64,000 nt of DNA from Eledone cirrhosa. Lineage: Eukaryota. The DNA is taken from assembly GCA_964016885.1 (NCBI GenBank), contig OZ024764.1, positions 12,214,001 through 12,278,000 of the forward strand, read 5' to 3'. This document shows, one piece after another, positions 1 to 17,357 of this stretch (position 1 is the stretch's first letter; every line of letters starts with the position of its first letter). The notes beneath the pieces were generated by a model. That model was not told the origin of the DNA. It searched no databases and saw nothing but the letters and a program-made list of their open reading frames with translations. The translations under genes and the position numbers were made by a program.

Positions 1-5
1 AATCC

Positions 6-235
6 TTGACTTTCACAGTCTTTGTTAGAAATATCGCAAGGAAAGGGCTAAATAAATTGTGAAGACGAGGGAATTTAGGAGCTATAAATAAATAAATAAA
101 TGTCCCCTAACTTCAAAACTCCCTTAAAAAAAATCATTGACTTTCACAGACTTTTGTTAGAAATATCGTAACGAAAGGGTTAAATGGATTGGGAAGACGA
201 AAAATTTAGGGGTTATAGACAAATAAATAAATAAA
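6..235 (+). repeat. Diverged ~130-bp tandem duplication
   Basis: TTGACTTTCACAG.CTTTTGTTAGAAATATCG..GAAAGGG...GAAGACGA occurs at ~6 and ~137. Confidence 0.7.
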
Positions 236-470
236 AAGACATAGGGTTTTGTAATGATGGAGGATATTTTTAGAAATAAAAGAGTATTTTCCCAAAAGAT
301 AAAGGAATGGTTTAACCACATGTGTGAACGAGGAAAACTTCTGGTCTTGAGTTCGATACTGTTGTATGTTGGTAATATATATGATAAGATTGGTGTTAGA
401 TTTTTCGGTAAATAATCTGTGAATATATATATGTATGTATGTATGTGTATATATATGCATATATATATAT

Positions 471-616
471 AATTTCTCACTCTACCTATTTCCTTCACAC
501 CCTTTCACCTCACTCTGTAACTCCCCCTCCCCCACCCCATCTAAATTTGTCAAAACTCCAAACACACAGTACCACGGGTCCCTTTCTTTCAATCACCATC
601 CGGCATTCCATTATAT

Positions 617-672
<56 letters not shown>

Positions 673-711
673 AGAGTATTGAAGTTTGCTTGAAGCAATG
701 TGGAATAATAA

Positions 712-799
<88 letters not shown>

Positions 800-801
800 G
801 T

Positions 802-851
<50 letters not shown>

Positions 852-992
852 AAATATATATATACATACATATATATATTTATATATATATATATACATA
901 TATATATAAATATATATATAAATATATATATATATATGTATATATATATACATATCTACATACATATTCATATATATATATATGTATACCTT

Positions 993-1079
<87 letters not shown>

Positions 1080-1130
1080 GTATATATATATTTATTATTC
1101 CACATTGCTTCAAGCAAACTTCAATACTCT

Positions 1131-1189
<59 letters not shown>

Positions 1190-1335
1190 ATATAATGGAA
1201 TGCCGGATGGTGATTGAAAGAAAGGGACCCGTGGTACTGTGTGTTTGGAGTTTTGACAAATTTAGATGGGGTGGGGGAGGGGGAGTTACAGAGTGAGGTG
1301 AAAGGGTGTGAAGGAAATAGGTAGAGTGAGAAATT
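471..1335. repeat. Large foldback (inverted repeat) with (TA)n-rich core
   Basis: 471-620 is the reverse complement of ~1186-1335; 671-711 is the reverse complement of 1092-1132; centre ~900. Confidence 0.9.
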
Positions 1336-1382
1336 ATATATACATATATATTTATATGCATATATATATATATATATATATA

Positions 1383-1484
<102 letters not shown>

Positions 1485-1494
1485 TATATATATA

Positions 1495-1530
<36 letters not shown>

Positions 1531-1614
1531 GATATATATATATATATACATATCTGTATTATATATATGTATATATATATGTATATATATATCTGCATAT
1601 ATATATATATATAT

Positions 1615-1912
<298 letters not shown>

Positions 1913-2216
1913 AAAATGCTCACATAGATGCATAAATTTATACATACATAAAAACACATACATACAATTTGTAAACGAGAAGACGGAAGAAAGGAAAAAG
2001 GCGGCGTGGTGTTGTGGCATTGGTGGTGGTGGTGGTGGTGGTGGGGTTGTGTTAGTGGAGGTGTGGACTGGTGGTGGTGGTGGTGGTGGTGGTGGTGGTA
2101 GTTATGGTAGGTGTGGAATATAATTCGGATATATTAAATTCTCAAACTGACGTTTATTTTAATCCCAGACCTTCCACCTATCTCTACATACATACATACA
2201 TATATATATATATATG

Positions 2217-2315
<99 letters not shown>

Positions 2316-2316
2316 G

Positions 2317-2525
<209 letters not shown>

Positions 2526-2537
2526 ATATATACACAC

Positions 2538-2949
<412 letters not shown>

Positions 2950-3230
2950 ACATCTCTGTTATATACATCAACTCAGTATACGCTTTGGGGGTCCGAATTT
3001 CTATTCCTATTATTACTATTATTATTATTATTATTATTATTATTGTTATATATTTTTTACCCCATTCTCTCATCCGATTTCCATGTAAACTACCCCCACC
3101 CTCCTATATATACTTTGGATGGAAATTTAGTTTGTAATGATCCATCATCCACCCTTCCCCTAACCCCGCTTCTCCGCCGCCCTTCTGGCAAATTAACGAA
3201 ACCAACGTCATCATCATTGCCACTGTGAAT

Positions 3231-4165
3231 TGTCAGTATCGGTGGAGGCTCGGAAGCCATGTTTTCCAGCATACTTACGTCCCTTTACAGTCTGAGTTCA
3301 AATCCCGCCGAGGTTAACTTTGCCTTTCATCCTTACGGGGTCGATAAAATAAAGTACCAGTAATGCACTGGGGTAATTGCTGGCCTTGTGCCTAAAGTAG
3401 AAACAATTATTGTTATTATTATTATTATTATTATTGGCAGTAATTCGTAGAGCGTTGGACAACATGCTTAGCGGCATAGAGATATGACCCATTACGGTCT
3501 GAGTTTTTAAAAAATCCCTTACAGGGTCGATACAATAAAGTACCAGTAATGTACTGGGGTAATTACTGGCCTTGTGCCTAAAGTAGAAACATTATTATTT
3601 CTTTGGATTGGCAGTAATTGGTAGAGCATCAGACACCATGCTTTGCAGCATAGAGTTACGGCCCTTTACGTTCTGAGTTCAAATTCTGCCGAGATTAGAT
3701 TTGACTTCCATCCTTAGAGGGTTTTTTTTTTAAAAATAAAATAAAGTACCAGTAATGTACTTGGGTCGATTTAATCAACTTTGTCCCTCCTCACAAAATT
3801 GTTAGCTTTGTGTCTAAATCAAAAACCAATAGAGCGTCAGACACCATGCTATTTAGCATAGAGTTATGGCCCTTTACGTTTTTAGTTCAAAACTTTGCCT
3901 TTCAACCTTACGGGGTCGATAAAATAAAGTACCAGTAATGCACTGGGGTAATTGCTGGCCTTGTGCCAACAGTAGAAACAATTGGCAGTATCGGTAGAGT
4001 GTCGGACACTATGCTTTGAAGGATAGGGTTATGGCCCTTTACATTCTGAGTTCAAATCCCGCCATGTTAACTTTGTTTTTCATACTTACGGGGTCAATAA
4101 AATAAAGTACCAGTAATACACTGGGGTATTGCTGGTCTTGTGCCAAAAGTAGAAACAATTATTAA
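3231..4165 (+). mobile_element. Tandem array of ~5 copies of tRNA-type SINE family A
   Basis: Repeated TGGCAGTA.T.GTAGAGC (A-box-like), GAGTTCAAATCC (B-box-like), TTTGCCTTTCATCCTTACGGGGTCGATAAAATAAAGTACCAG core and AGTAGAAAC(ATT)n tail. Confidence 0.8.
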
Positions 4166-4485
4166 TATTATTAATCATATATACTCGTATTTCTATATTC
4201 TCAGGTAAACACTCCACCTTCATGTCTTAATTAGTCTTATTTACATATTTCTCCATAGATTCACAAAAATGACACAGCTTGATACAAGTTCCGACCCTTT
4301 CTTGCAACCCTTATTAGCGACAATCTACAAATCTGACGAACCCCCGAAGGAATAAATTGGTGAGTAACTAAAATCTTCATACACCCATTATATTTGCCTG
4401 TTAAAGCTAACAGGGTTTGTTAATTTACATACAATGATAGTTGTTTCAGTTATATGTTGAATTGTATATTACGCATCTCAGGTAT

Positions 4486-4690
4486 CGATAGTCGAGCGAC
4501 TTTCGTCAAATCGGACCGAGGAAACAATGTTTCCATTGGTCTTTCCAATTGCTAATACTATCTATCTGTCGCAACTCCAGGTAGAAGGAGCAACGTAAAA
4601 TAAAGTGTCTTGCTCAAGGTAATAACTCCATTGCCATGTCCGGGAATTGAACTCACAACCTCACGATTGCGAATCCGGTTCTCTACGGCC
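4486..4690 (-). mobile_element. SINE family B copy (tRNA head, CORE-like body)
   Basis: Reverse complement contains GTGAGTTCAATTCC and CCTTGAGCAAGACACTTTATTT.ACGTTGCTCC; tail shared with 5916-6010 and 21470-21570. Confidence 0.7.
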
Positions 4691-4871
4691 TTGGGCGCGC
4701 CGCTGATCGCTTTTAGATGCCCTCTATTAAGCGCCGAAACATCTTGATCTCGGTTGTCAGCTGATGAAGGACTACATTTCTTCTCTTGTTTCGTCCATAC
4801 TACCATCTTAAACTTTGTTTACCCTAACCACACAGCTCCTTTCGTTTCTTATAATTATATAAATCTAAAAG

Positions 4872-5150
4872 TCTAAAGTCTGTCTTAAGCCAGAAGGCTC
4901 ATTTGGCCGGTGCTTATCCCGGTTTCATGGCGTGAAGTGATTGAGAGTACAAGACTTCCCCCTGGACAGGACGCCAGTCCATCGCAGGGTTAAACCTCCA
5001 GCTACTGCTGGTACTCATTTTCAGCTGAATAAACTGGAGCAACGTGAAATAAAGTGTCTTGCTCAAGGAAACAACACATCACCCGGTCTGAGAATTGAAC
5101 TCACAACCTTTCGATTGCAAGCCCTAACCACTAAGCCATGCGCCTTCACT
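4872..5150 (-). mobile_element. SINE family B copy
   Basis: Minus strand: GGCGCATGGCTTAGTGGTTAGGGC (A box), GAGTTCAATTCT (B box), CCTTGAGCAAGACACTTTATTTCACGTTGCTCCAG; head re-duplicated at 5276-5335. Confidence 0.75.
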
Positions 5151-5598
5151 AATTATATAAATATATATATATATATATATACGATATTAACAAATGGAAA
5201 CTATATTTAAAAAACCATATTTATTTTATTATACATATTTCAAGGACACCACGTTAAATTATGGTGTGCTTTCATTGAATTGAACTCATAACCTTTCGAT
5301 TGCAAGCCCTAACCACTAAGCCATGCGCCTTCACTAATTATATAAATATATATATATATATAAAATATGTAGTTTAGAAAGCCACAACAATGCAGATGGG
5401 AAATCTCGAGGTAGGAAGTGAGTGAGAAATAGGAGAAAAGTGAAAATTGAGAGAAACGAAAAAACGAAAACAAAACAAAGGTAGAAGGGTTACCGTAGTG
5501 AAGATTTAATCCCAATATTTCGGGCTCACTCCCATCAACGGGGGGAAAGTTCCAAATACGATATTAACAAATGGAAACTATATTTATAAAACCATATT

Positions 5599-5663
5599 TA
5601 TTTTATTATACATATTTCAAGGACACCACGTTAAATTATGGTGTGCTTTCATCAGACAAAATA
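5599..5663 (-). ncRNA. Type I hammerhead ribozyme, family H1
   Basis: UAUUUUGU-CUGAUGA-AAG C ACACCAU..GUGGUGU C CUU-GAAA-UAUGUAUA-AUAAAAUA; 8-bp stem I, AUA triplet; core-truncated duplicate at ~5222-5275. Confidence 0.8.
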
Positions 5664-6071
5664 CAATATAGATCAGTTTTATAAATAAACATTGACATAC
5701 CCTTAAAAAATGCAACCATTACTGTTGGAAGCTCCCGGATAGTGGAGTTGTTTACTTATATTATTATTAGTATTGGATATTGTAAAATAAATCGTTGGGT
5801 TAGAGAGAAAGAAAGAGAGAGAGAGGAAAGAAAGAAAAAAGAGAGAAAAGAGAGAGAGAGATACCAAAACAACAGAGAGAGAAAAACAATATATATATAG
5901 ATAGATAGATAGACAGTCGATCGACTTTCATCAAATGGGACCGAGGAAACAATGTTTCCAATTGCTAATACTATCTATCTGTCGCAACTCCAGTTAGAAG
6001 GAGCAACGGGAGTTCGATTCTCTAACAGCTTAGTCACGCGTTTTCACGAAGTATACTGTACTATATATATA

Positions 6072-6730
6072 TAACAACAATACCACCACCAACACTACCA
6101 CCACAACAGCACCAACACTACCACCACAACCATCAACAACACTACCTCCACAACCATCACCAACACTATCAATAACATTATCACCACATCCAGCGCCAAT
6201 ACCATTACCAACAACACCACTACTACCACAACCAACACCAACACACCACTACTACCACAACCAACACCAACAAGATTGTCGACACTATCACCACTACCGC
6301 CACAACATAACAACACCACTACCACCACAACCACCAACACTAATAACAACACCACTACCACCCACAACAACACTACCACCACCAACACTACCACCACAGC
6401 ACTACCACCAACAGTACCACCACAACACTACCACCACAGCACTACCACCACAACCACCAACACTAATAACAACATCACTACCACCACCACCCACAACACC
6501 ACTACCACCGCCAACACTACCACCAACAACACTACCACCACCAACACTACCACCAACACTACCACCACCACCAACACTACCACCACTGCCACCACCATCA
6601 CTACCACCACCAACACTACCACCAACACTACCACCACCACCACCACCACCACCAACACTACCACCAACACTACCACCAACACTACCACCACCACCAACAC
6701 TACCACCACTGCCACCACCATCACTGCTAC
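6072..6730. repeat. Degenerate (CAC/CAA)n microsatellite
   Basis: Trinucleotide repeat; source of the poly-T/poly-V ORFs. Confidence 0.9.
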
Positions 6731-6830
6731 CATCCAGAAAGGAAAAAAAGATGACAGAACGTTAAGAAGAAAAGTAAAGAAAAGAAAAGGAAAGAAGAAA
6801 AACAACACAGTAAAGGAAAAGATGTCCAAC

Positions 6831-6869
6831 CAAGATGGCGTTCATTGTTTTCAGTGTAGGTCACGTGAT
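6831..6869. promoter_or_regulatory. YY1-like plus E-box motifs
   Basis: CAAGATGGCG at 6831 and GTCACGTGA at 6860; motif match only. Confidence 0.25.
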
Positions 6870-6990
6870 ACTGTGATTTATGGCTTGTTTCAATTAAGTG
6901 AAACGACAGTTATGGATTGGTGGCGGTGGGGTGGAGGTAGTGAGGCTGAACGGAGTGTGGGATGTTGGGGTATGTAGGGACAGGAGGAGG

Positions 6991-7048
<58 letters not shown>

Positions 7049-7079
7049 TTAATGTGGTAGGAAGAAGAGGGAGGGTTCC

Positions 7080-10000
7080 ACCGAAGGGTCTTCGGAGTAA
7101 CGTTACTTGATACAGTGTGTAGCTTGGATATCGAAGTATTGTCTAGGTAGAGACACAACTTCTCCGAATTGAGAGATCACAGCTCCAATACTATGGACAT
7201 ATGGTTAGAATGTCTCAGGAAAGAATCTCTGAATTAAGGGATCACAGCTCTGATACTACAGACATGTGGTTAGAATGTCTGAGGAAAGAATCTCTGGATT
7301 GAGAGATCACAGCTCTGATACTACAGACATGGGGTTAGAATGTCTCAGGAAAGAATCTTTGAATTAAGGGATCACAGCTCTGATACTATGGGCATGTGGT
7401 TAGAATGTCTCAGGAAAGAATCTCTGAATTGAGAGATCACAGCTTTGATACTACAGGCATGTGGTTAGAATGTCTCAAGAAAGAATCCCTGAATGGAGAG
7501 ATCACAGCTCTGATACTACAGACATGTGGTTAGAATGTCTCAGGAAAGAATCTCTGAATTGAGAGATCACAGCTCTGATACTATGGACATATGGTTAGAA
7601 TGTCTCAAGAAAGAATCCCTGAATTGAAAGATCACAGCTCTGATACTACAGACATGTGGTTAGAATGTCTCAGGAAAGAATCTCTGAATGGAGAGATCAC
7701 AGCTCTGATTCTACAGACATGTGGATAGAATGTCTCAGGAAAGAATCTCTGAATTGAGAGATCACAGCTCTGATACTACAGACATGTGGTTAGAATGTCT
7801 CTGGAAAGAATCTCTGAATTGAGAGATTACAGCTCTGATACTACAGACATGTGGTTAGAATGTCTCAGGAAAGAATCTCTGAATTGAGAGATCACAGCTC
7901 TGATATTACAGACATGTGGTTGGAATGTCTCAGGAAAGAATCTCTGAATTGAGAGTTCACAGCTCTGATACTACAGACATGTGGTTAGAATGTCTCAGGA
8001 AAGAATCTCTGAATTGAGAGATCACAGCTCTGATACTTAGACATGTGTTTAGAGTGTCTCAGGAAAGAATCTCTGGATTGAGAGATCACAGCTCTGATAC
8101 TACAGACATGTGGATAGAATGTCTCAGGAAAGAATCTCTGGATTGAGAGATCACAGCTCTGATACTACAGACATGTGGTTAGAATGTCTCAGGAAAGAAT
8201 CTCTGAATTGAGAGATCACAGCTCTGATACTACAGACATGTGGTTAGAATGTCTCAGGAAAGAATCTCTGAATTGAGAGACCACAGCTCTGATACTACAG
8301 ACATATGGTTAGAATGTCTCAGGAAAGAATCTTTGAATTGAGAGATCACAGCTCTGATACTACAGACATGTGGTTGGAATGTCTCAGGAAAGAATCTCCT
8401 AATTGAGAGATCACAGCTCTGATACTACAGACATGTGGTTAGAATGTCTCAGGAAAGAATCTCTGAATTGAGAGATCACAGCTCTGATACTACAGACATA
8501 TGGTTAGAATGTCTCAGGAAAGAATCTTTGAATTGAGAGATCACAGCTCTGATACTACAGACATGTGGTTGGAATGTCTCAGGAAAGAATCTCTGAATTG
8601 AGAGACCACAGCTCTGATACTACAGACATGTGGTTAGAATGTCTCAGGAAAGAATCTCTGAATTGAAGGATCACAGCTCTGATACTACAGACATGTGGTT
8701 AGAATGTCTCAGGAAAGAATCTCTGAATTGAGAGATCACAGCTCTGATACTACAGACATGTGGTTAGAATGTCTCAGGAAAGAATCTCTGAATTGAGAGA
8801 TCACAGCTCTGATACTACAGACATGTGGTTAGAATGTCTGAGGAAAGAATCTCTGAATTGAGAGATCACAGCTCTGATACTACAGACATGTGGTTAGAAT
8901 GTCTCAGGAAAGAATCTCTGAATTGAGAGATCACAGCTCTTATACTACAGACATGTGGTTAGAATGTCTCAGGAAAGAATCTCTGAATTGAGAGATCACA
9001 GCTCTGATACTACAGACATGTGGTTAGAATGTCTGAGGAAAGAATCTCTGAATTGAGAGATCACAGCTCTGATACTACAGACATGTGGTTAGAATGTCTC
9101 AGGAAAGAATCTCTGAATTGAGAGATCACAGCTCTTATACTACAGACATGTGGTTAGAATGTCTCAGGAAAGAATCTCTGAATTGAGAGATCACAGCTCT
9201 GATACTACAGACATGTGGTTAGAATGTCTCAGGAAAGAATCTCTGAATTGAGAGACCACAGCTCTGATACTTAGACATGTGTTTAGAGTGTCTCAGGAAA
9301 GAATCTCTGGATTGAGAGATCACAGCTCTGATACTACAGACATGTGGATAGAATGTCTCAGGAAAGAATCTCTGGATTGAGAGATCACAGCTCTGATACT
9401 ACAGACATGTGGTTAGAATGTCTCAGGAAAGAATCTCCGAATTGAGAGATCACAGCTCTGAATCTACAGACATGTGGTTAGAATGTCTCTGGAAAGAATC
9501 TCTGAATTGAGAGACCACAGCTCTGATACTACAGACATGTGGTTAGAATGTCTCAGGAAAGAATCTCTGAATTGAGAGACCACAGCTCTGATACTACAGA
9601 CATGTGGTTAGAATGTCTCAGGAAAGAATCTCTGAATTGAGAGATCACAGCTCTGATACTACAGACATGTGGTTAGAATGTCTGAGGAAAGAATCTCTGA
9701 ATTGAGAGATCACAGCTCTGATACTACAGACATGTGGTTAGAATGTCTCAGGAAAGAATCTCTGAATTGAGAGATCACAGCTCTGATACTACAGACATGT
9801 GGTTAGAATGTCTCAGGAAAGAATCTCCGAATTGAGAGATCACAGCTCTGATACTACAGACATGTGGTTAGAATGTCTCAGGAAAGAATCTCTGAATTGA
9901 GAGATCACAGCTCTGATACTACAGACATGTGGTTAGAATGTCTCAGGAAAGAATCTCCGAATTGAGAGATCACAGCTCTGAATCTACAGACATGTGGTTA

Positions 10001-10620
10001 GAATGTCTCAGGAAAGAATCTCTGAATTGAGAGACCACAGCTCTGATACTACAGACATGTGGTTAGAATGTCTGAGGAAAGAATCTCTGAATTGAGAGAT
10101 CACAGCTCTGATACTACAGACATGTGGTTAGAATGTCTCAGGAAAGAATCTCTGAATTGAGAGACCACAGTTCTGATACTACAGACATGTGGTTAGAATG
10201 TCTCAGGAAAGAATCTCTGAATTGAGAGATCACAGCTCTGAGACTACAGACGTGTGGTTAGAATGTCTCAGGAAAGAATCTCTGAATTGAGAGATCACAG
10301 CTCTGATACTACAGACATGTGGTTAGAATGTCTCAGGAAAGAATCTCTGAATTGAGAGATCACAGCTCTGATACTACAGACATGTGGTTAGAATGTCTCA
10401 GGAAATAATCGCTGGACAGATTTTACGGGAAAATACCAACCGGGGGAACAACCAGGAGTAGACCTCAGCAAGATAGTTGGATAATATCCATGAGCTAAAC
10501 TGGTCTAACTTGGAGATCCAGTCGGATCAACTGAAGACGGATCTAACAGGACCTTCTGGAGGGGAATTTGAGGACTCTGCCATGATCACTCTCCCAGGAA
10601 TAAATGGATGACGAAGAAGA
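7080..10620 (+). mobile_element. RTE-clade LINE 3' remnant interrupted by a satellite
   Basis: Left flank encodes LLRIERSQLQYYGHMVRMSQE (RTE-type xLRWxGHxxRM motif); right flank continues IAGQILR...R*LDNIHELNWSNLEIQSDQL with frameshifts. Confidence 0.7.
7166..10405 (+). repeat. 65-bp tandem satellite, ~50 copies
   Basis: Unit GAATTGAGAGATCACAGCTCTGATACTACAGACATGTGGTTAGAATGTCTCAGGAAAGAATCTCT; period checked at 7751/7816. Confidence 0.97.
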
Positions 10621-10847
10621 CGTCACTAGAAAGGATGAGGCAGAGTTAACCTCGATGAGCTTTGAAACTATTATAGTATGCAAAGAGCCGGCAGAAGGAA
10701 GACTGCAGAAAATTCTAATCGATGTTATGTATCCAAGTTGCAGCACTCTACAGTATAGTCCTTTTACATACATGTTTCCACCTCATCGGTTTCGTCGGGA
10801 CAGTTCTGAATTGTATACTGTATAATATATATATATAGATAGATATG

Positions 10848-11322
<475 letters not shown>

Positions 11323-11451
11323 AGAATATATATATATATATATATACACACACATGTACCTATACATACATATATATGTATTATTAAATGTTTATATATG
11401 TATATAAATTATATATATATGTATATATATATATATACGTATATATATTTG

Positions 11452-11517
<66 letters not shown>

Positions 11518-11530
11518 TATATATATACGC

Positions 11531-11562
<32 letters not shown>

Positions 11563-11868
11563 GCATGTATATACGTATATATATTTATGTATATATACTT
11601 AAAGTAGACTAAAAGCATACGATGGCATTTAGCGTAAACATACCGTTAACTTGTCACCACATGTTACTGTGAGTTATTGCAACACATGTATACATATATA
11701 TGTGTGTGTGTGTATATACATACACACACACACACACATATATATATGTATATATAGATATATATATATACATTGATATAAATCAAAACATGTGGATGTG
11801 TATTCATATGTATTTTTGCATATGTATACATGACATGTATATATTGATTGAATATGCAAAAGATATAC

Positions 11869-11947
<79 letters not shown>

Positions 11948-12157
11948 TGCGTGGATACATATATTTATATACATACATACACACACACACATATATATAT
12001 GTATATATATATGTGTGTGTATGTATGTATTTGTATGTATATATATATACGTATTAATATATATATATATGTGTTTAAATACACACACACATATATGTAT
12101 AAATATATATGTATATATAAATGTGTATATATATGTATATATATATATATTTATATG

Positions 12158-12191
<34 letters not shown>

Positions 12192-12194
12192 CAT

Positions 12195-12247
<53 letters not shown>

Positions 12248-12305
12248 CATATATATATATGTATATATATGTGTGTGTGTATGTATAAATATATATATAT
12301 ATATG

Positions 12306-12439
<134 letters not shown>

Positions 12440-12484
12440 CACACACATATACATACACACACACATATCTATACATATATATAC

Positions 12485-12597
<113 letters not shown>

Positions 12598-12599
12598 CA

Positions 12600-12885
12600 G
12601 ACATGACGATATTCAAATACGAAATACCACCACGGCATCCATTGACCGCTGCAGAGTCGTAAAGTCACCGATTACCGTCATCTCGTTTATAATGACGTTG
12701 TGTACCGCTAGGTGGCCTGTATGTCACCATTAAGGAGGCCGGAAACGCCGTGAATTTAGTGACATGACACGAGAATTCGTACTAAATCACTCCGCTAGAT
12801 GGCGTTGCAAGCAATGATATTTCGTTTGTCGTTGAGTGGTGTGAATATTGCTCATCCGGTTTGAGTTGTTGGTTCATGTGATTGC
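12600..12885. promoter_or_regulatory. CpG-rich unique island with two CTCF-like motifs
   Basis: CCGCTAGGTGGCC at 12705 and CCGCTAGATGGCGT at 12792, same orientation. Confidence 0.35.
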
Positions 12886-12923
<38 letters not shown>

Positions 12924-12938
12924 AGACACACACACACA

Positions 12939-12973
<35 letters not shown>

Positions 12974-13006
12974 TATCTATATATCTATATCTATATACAG
13001 ACATAC

Positions 13007-13068
<62 letters not shown>

Positions 13069-13128
13069 ATATACCTATATATACATATATATATGTATAT
13101 ACATATATATATATATCTTTATATATAC

Positions 13129-13192
<64 letters not shown>

Positions 13193-13261
13193 ATTACATC
13201 AATAAATTTGTATAAAGGGGGAAAGACACCCATAAACTATATATCTATATATCTATATATC

Positions 13262-13296
<35 letters not shown>

Positions 13297-13327
13297 ATAT
13301 ATATGTATATATATATATATATATATA

Positions 13328-13378
<51 letters not shown>

Positions 13379-13531
13379 ATATATATGTATATATATATAT
13401 ATATATATATCGTACACAAATTGTACCAACAAGAAATAAAGTCAGTACTCAGTAGGAAATGTAACGATATATTATATTTATTGACAGTTGGAATGAGAAG
13501 TATATATATATATATGTATATATACACATAC

Positions 13532-15132
<1,601 letters not shown>

Positions 15133-15198
15133 TAACATATATATATATATATGTACACATATATATATATATGTACATATATATATATATATATGTAC

Positions 15199-15229
<31 letters not shown>

Positions 15230-15230
15230 A

Positions 15231-15297
<67 letters not shown>

Positions 15298-15306
15298 TAT
15301 ATATAT

Positions 15307-15376
<70 letters not shown>

Positions 15377-15399
15377 ATATATATATATATACATCAGAA

Positions 15400-15915
15400 G
15401 AAACCAGCACCAACAACATCACTACCATTAACATCATCATCACCATCTACAAGTAAACTACATTACAAAAATACAAACCAACCATTTCAAACCATCATCA
15501 CCAACATCAACACCAACACCACCATCTCTACCACCAACACCATACCAACACCACCACCACCATACCCCCACTACTACCACCACCATACCACCACTACCGC
15601 CACCACCACCACCACGATACCATCAACACCACCACCACCACCTCCACCACCAACACCACCATACCACCACCACCGTACCACCATACCACCACCACCGTAC
15701 CACCACCACCACCACACCACGATACCACCACCACCACAACCATACCACCACCACCACCACCATACCACCACCACCACCATACCACCACCATACCACCACC
15801 ACCATATCATCAACACTACCATACCATCAACACCACCATACCACCATACCACCACCATACCACCATACCACCACCACTACCACCCCCACCACCATACCAC
15901 CCCCACCCCCACCAG
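15400..15915. repeat. Degenerate (CAC/CCATA)n repeat
   Basis: Low-complexity repeat visible directly. Confidence 0.85.
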
Positions 15916-16592
15916 CAACAATACACCAAGCCGTTCTTCAAAAATAGACTTTCTTTATATATAGTACCATTGCTAGACAATAGATATTGTCATACAACTA
16001 TACAAAACATCACGAATTTCACATCTTTTCCACTAAATTCTCTCCTAATCCTTTATCTTTGAGAAATTCTCTTCAAAACCTTTTCATTCTTACATTCTTC
16101 AATTCTTGAATTCTTTAAATGTATGTTCGTTTTTTTTTTGTTCATTGTGTTTCTTTTGTTTGTTTTTTTCGTAGTTTTCTTGTATTTTAATGGGTGATTT
16201 TTAATTGTTTTTAATGGGTTGTTTTGTTGTTGTTTTTTAATGGGGTTTTTTTTGTATGTCTTAATGGTTTTTATTGATGTCAAACGTCAAACATTTTATG
16301 AACTTTTGAAGAAAGAAAAAATATAAAATATAAAAAAAAGATTTCAGTGAACAGAAAAACAGAATAAATAAATAAACGAAAATTATTTTATCAAGAATAA
16401 GTTTTAAAGATTCGTTCATCCTCTCCTTCTTATAATTTTATTGACTGTGGCCATACTGGTGCAATAATGCCAGTCTACTCAGCTGTAGAAATAAGATGAT
16501 TGGACCGGGGTCCCTATCATTAAATCACCCAGGACGCCTCCAACGAGATATACCATGGAGGAGGTCAGCTAAACCTGCATAGGTGTGAGCTG

Positions 16593-16647
<55 letters not shown>

Positions 16648-16741
16648 AATGTGTGTATCAAGGTATCAAGGTGCGTAGCTTAGTGGGCGAAATTTTCTTT
16701 TTTTATTTGAATTTGGCAAAGCCGGCCATTTATCGCTCGTG

Positions 16742-16852
<111 letters not shown>

Positions 16853-17030
16853 ATAATAATAAATTTGAAGACTAAAATCCAAAGAGGGCTCGTTAAAGGT
16901 GAAAGCAGCGATTCTTTGCTTAAACTTTAATCTGTTATTTTAATAAATATATATAGATAGATAGATATATAGATATATAGATCGTATATCATATATAACG
17001 GTTTGTTATATAAGCACAAGGTTAAGACAC

Positions 17031-17264
17031 ATGGCTTAGTGGTTAGAGCATTGGGCTTGCTATCGAAAGGTTGTGAGTTCAATTCTCAGATCGGGTGATG
17101 TGTTGTTTCCTTGAGCAAGACACTTTATTTCACGTTGCTCCAGTTTACTCAGCTGTAGAAATGAGATGATACGGACTGGGGTCCATTTCATTAAATCACC
17201 CAAGACACCTCCAACGAGATATACCTTGGAGGAGGCCAGCTAAACCTGCCTAGGTGTGAGCTGT

Positions 17265-17270
<6 letters not shown>
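17031..17270 (+). mobile_element. SINE family B copy; 3' part also at 16471-16595
   Basis: ATGGCTTAGTGGTTAGAGC A box, GAGTTCAATTCT B box, CCTTGAGCAAGACACTTT body, ends in (CA)n. Confidence 0.75.
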
Positions 17271-17295
<25 letters not shown>

Positions 17296-17357
17296 GTGTA
17301 ATGCCCTGGAGGGGGTATAGTCAATAATATCAACCATACTACATATACTTTTATTGA

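Noticed and set aside
4259-4359. Exon-like segment (CTCCATAG| ... |GTGAGT)
   Set aside because: All three frames contain stops and no partner exons were found; at most a non-coding exon.
7166-10405. Possible CRISPR array
   Set aside because: Contiguous near-identical 65-bp units without unique spacers, no cas genes, eukaryotic context. The same applies to 17358-18220 and 28737-29186.
10765-10802. HHR-like fragments on minus here and at ~5505-5535, ~18350-18382 and ~25605-25665
   Set aside because: The CUGANGA core is mutated or stem I is absent; not counted as ribozymes.
10604-10825. 73-aa ORF with normal-looking composition
   Set aside because: It starts in the RTE 3' end, has no recognisable domain and ends in repeat-derived sequence.
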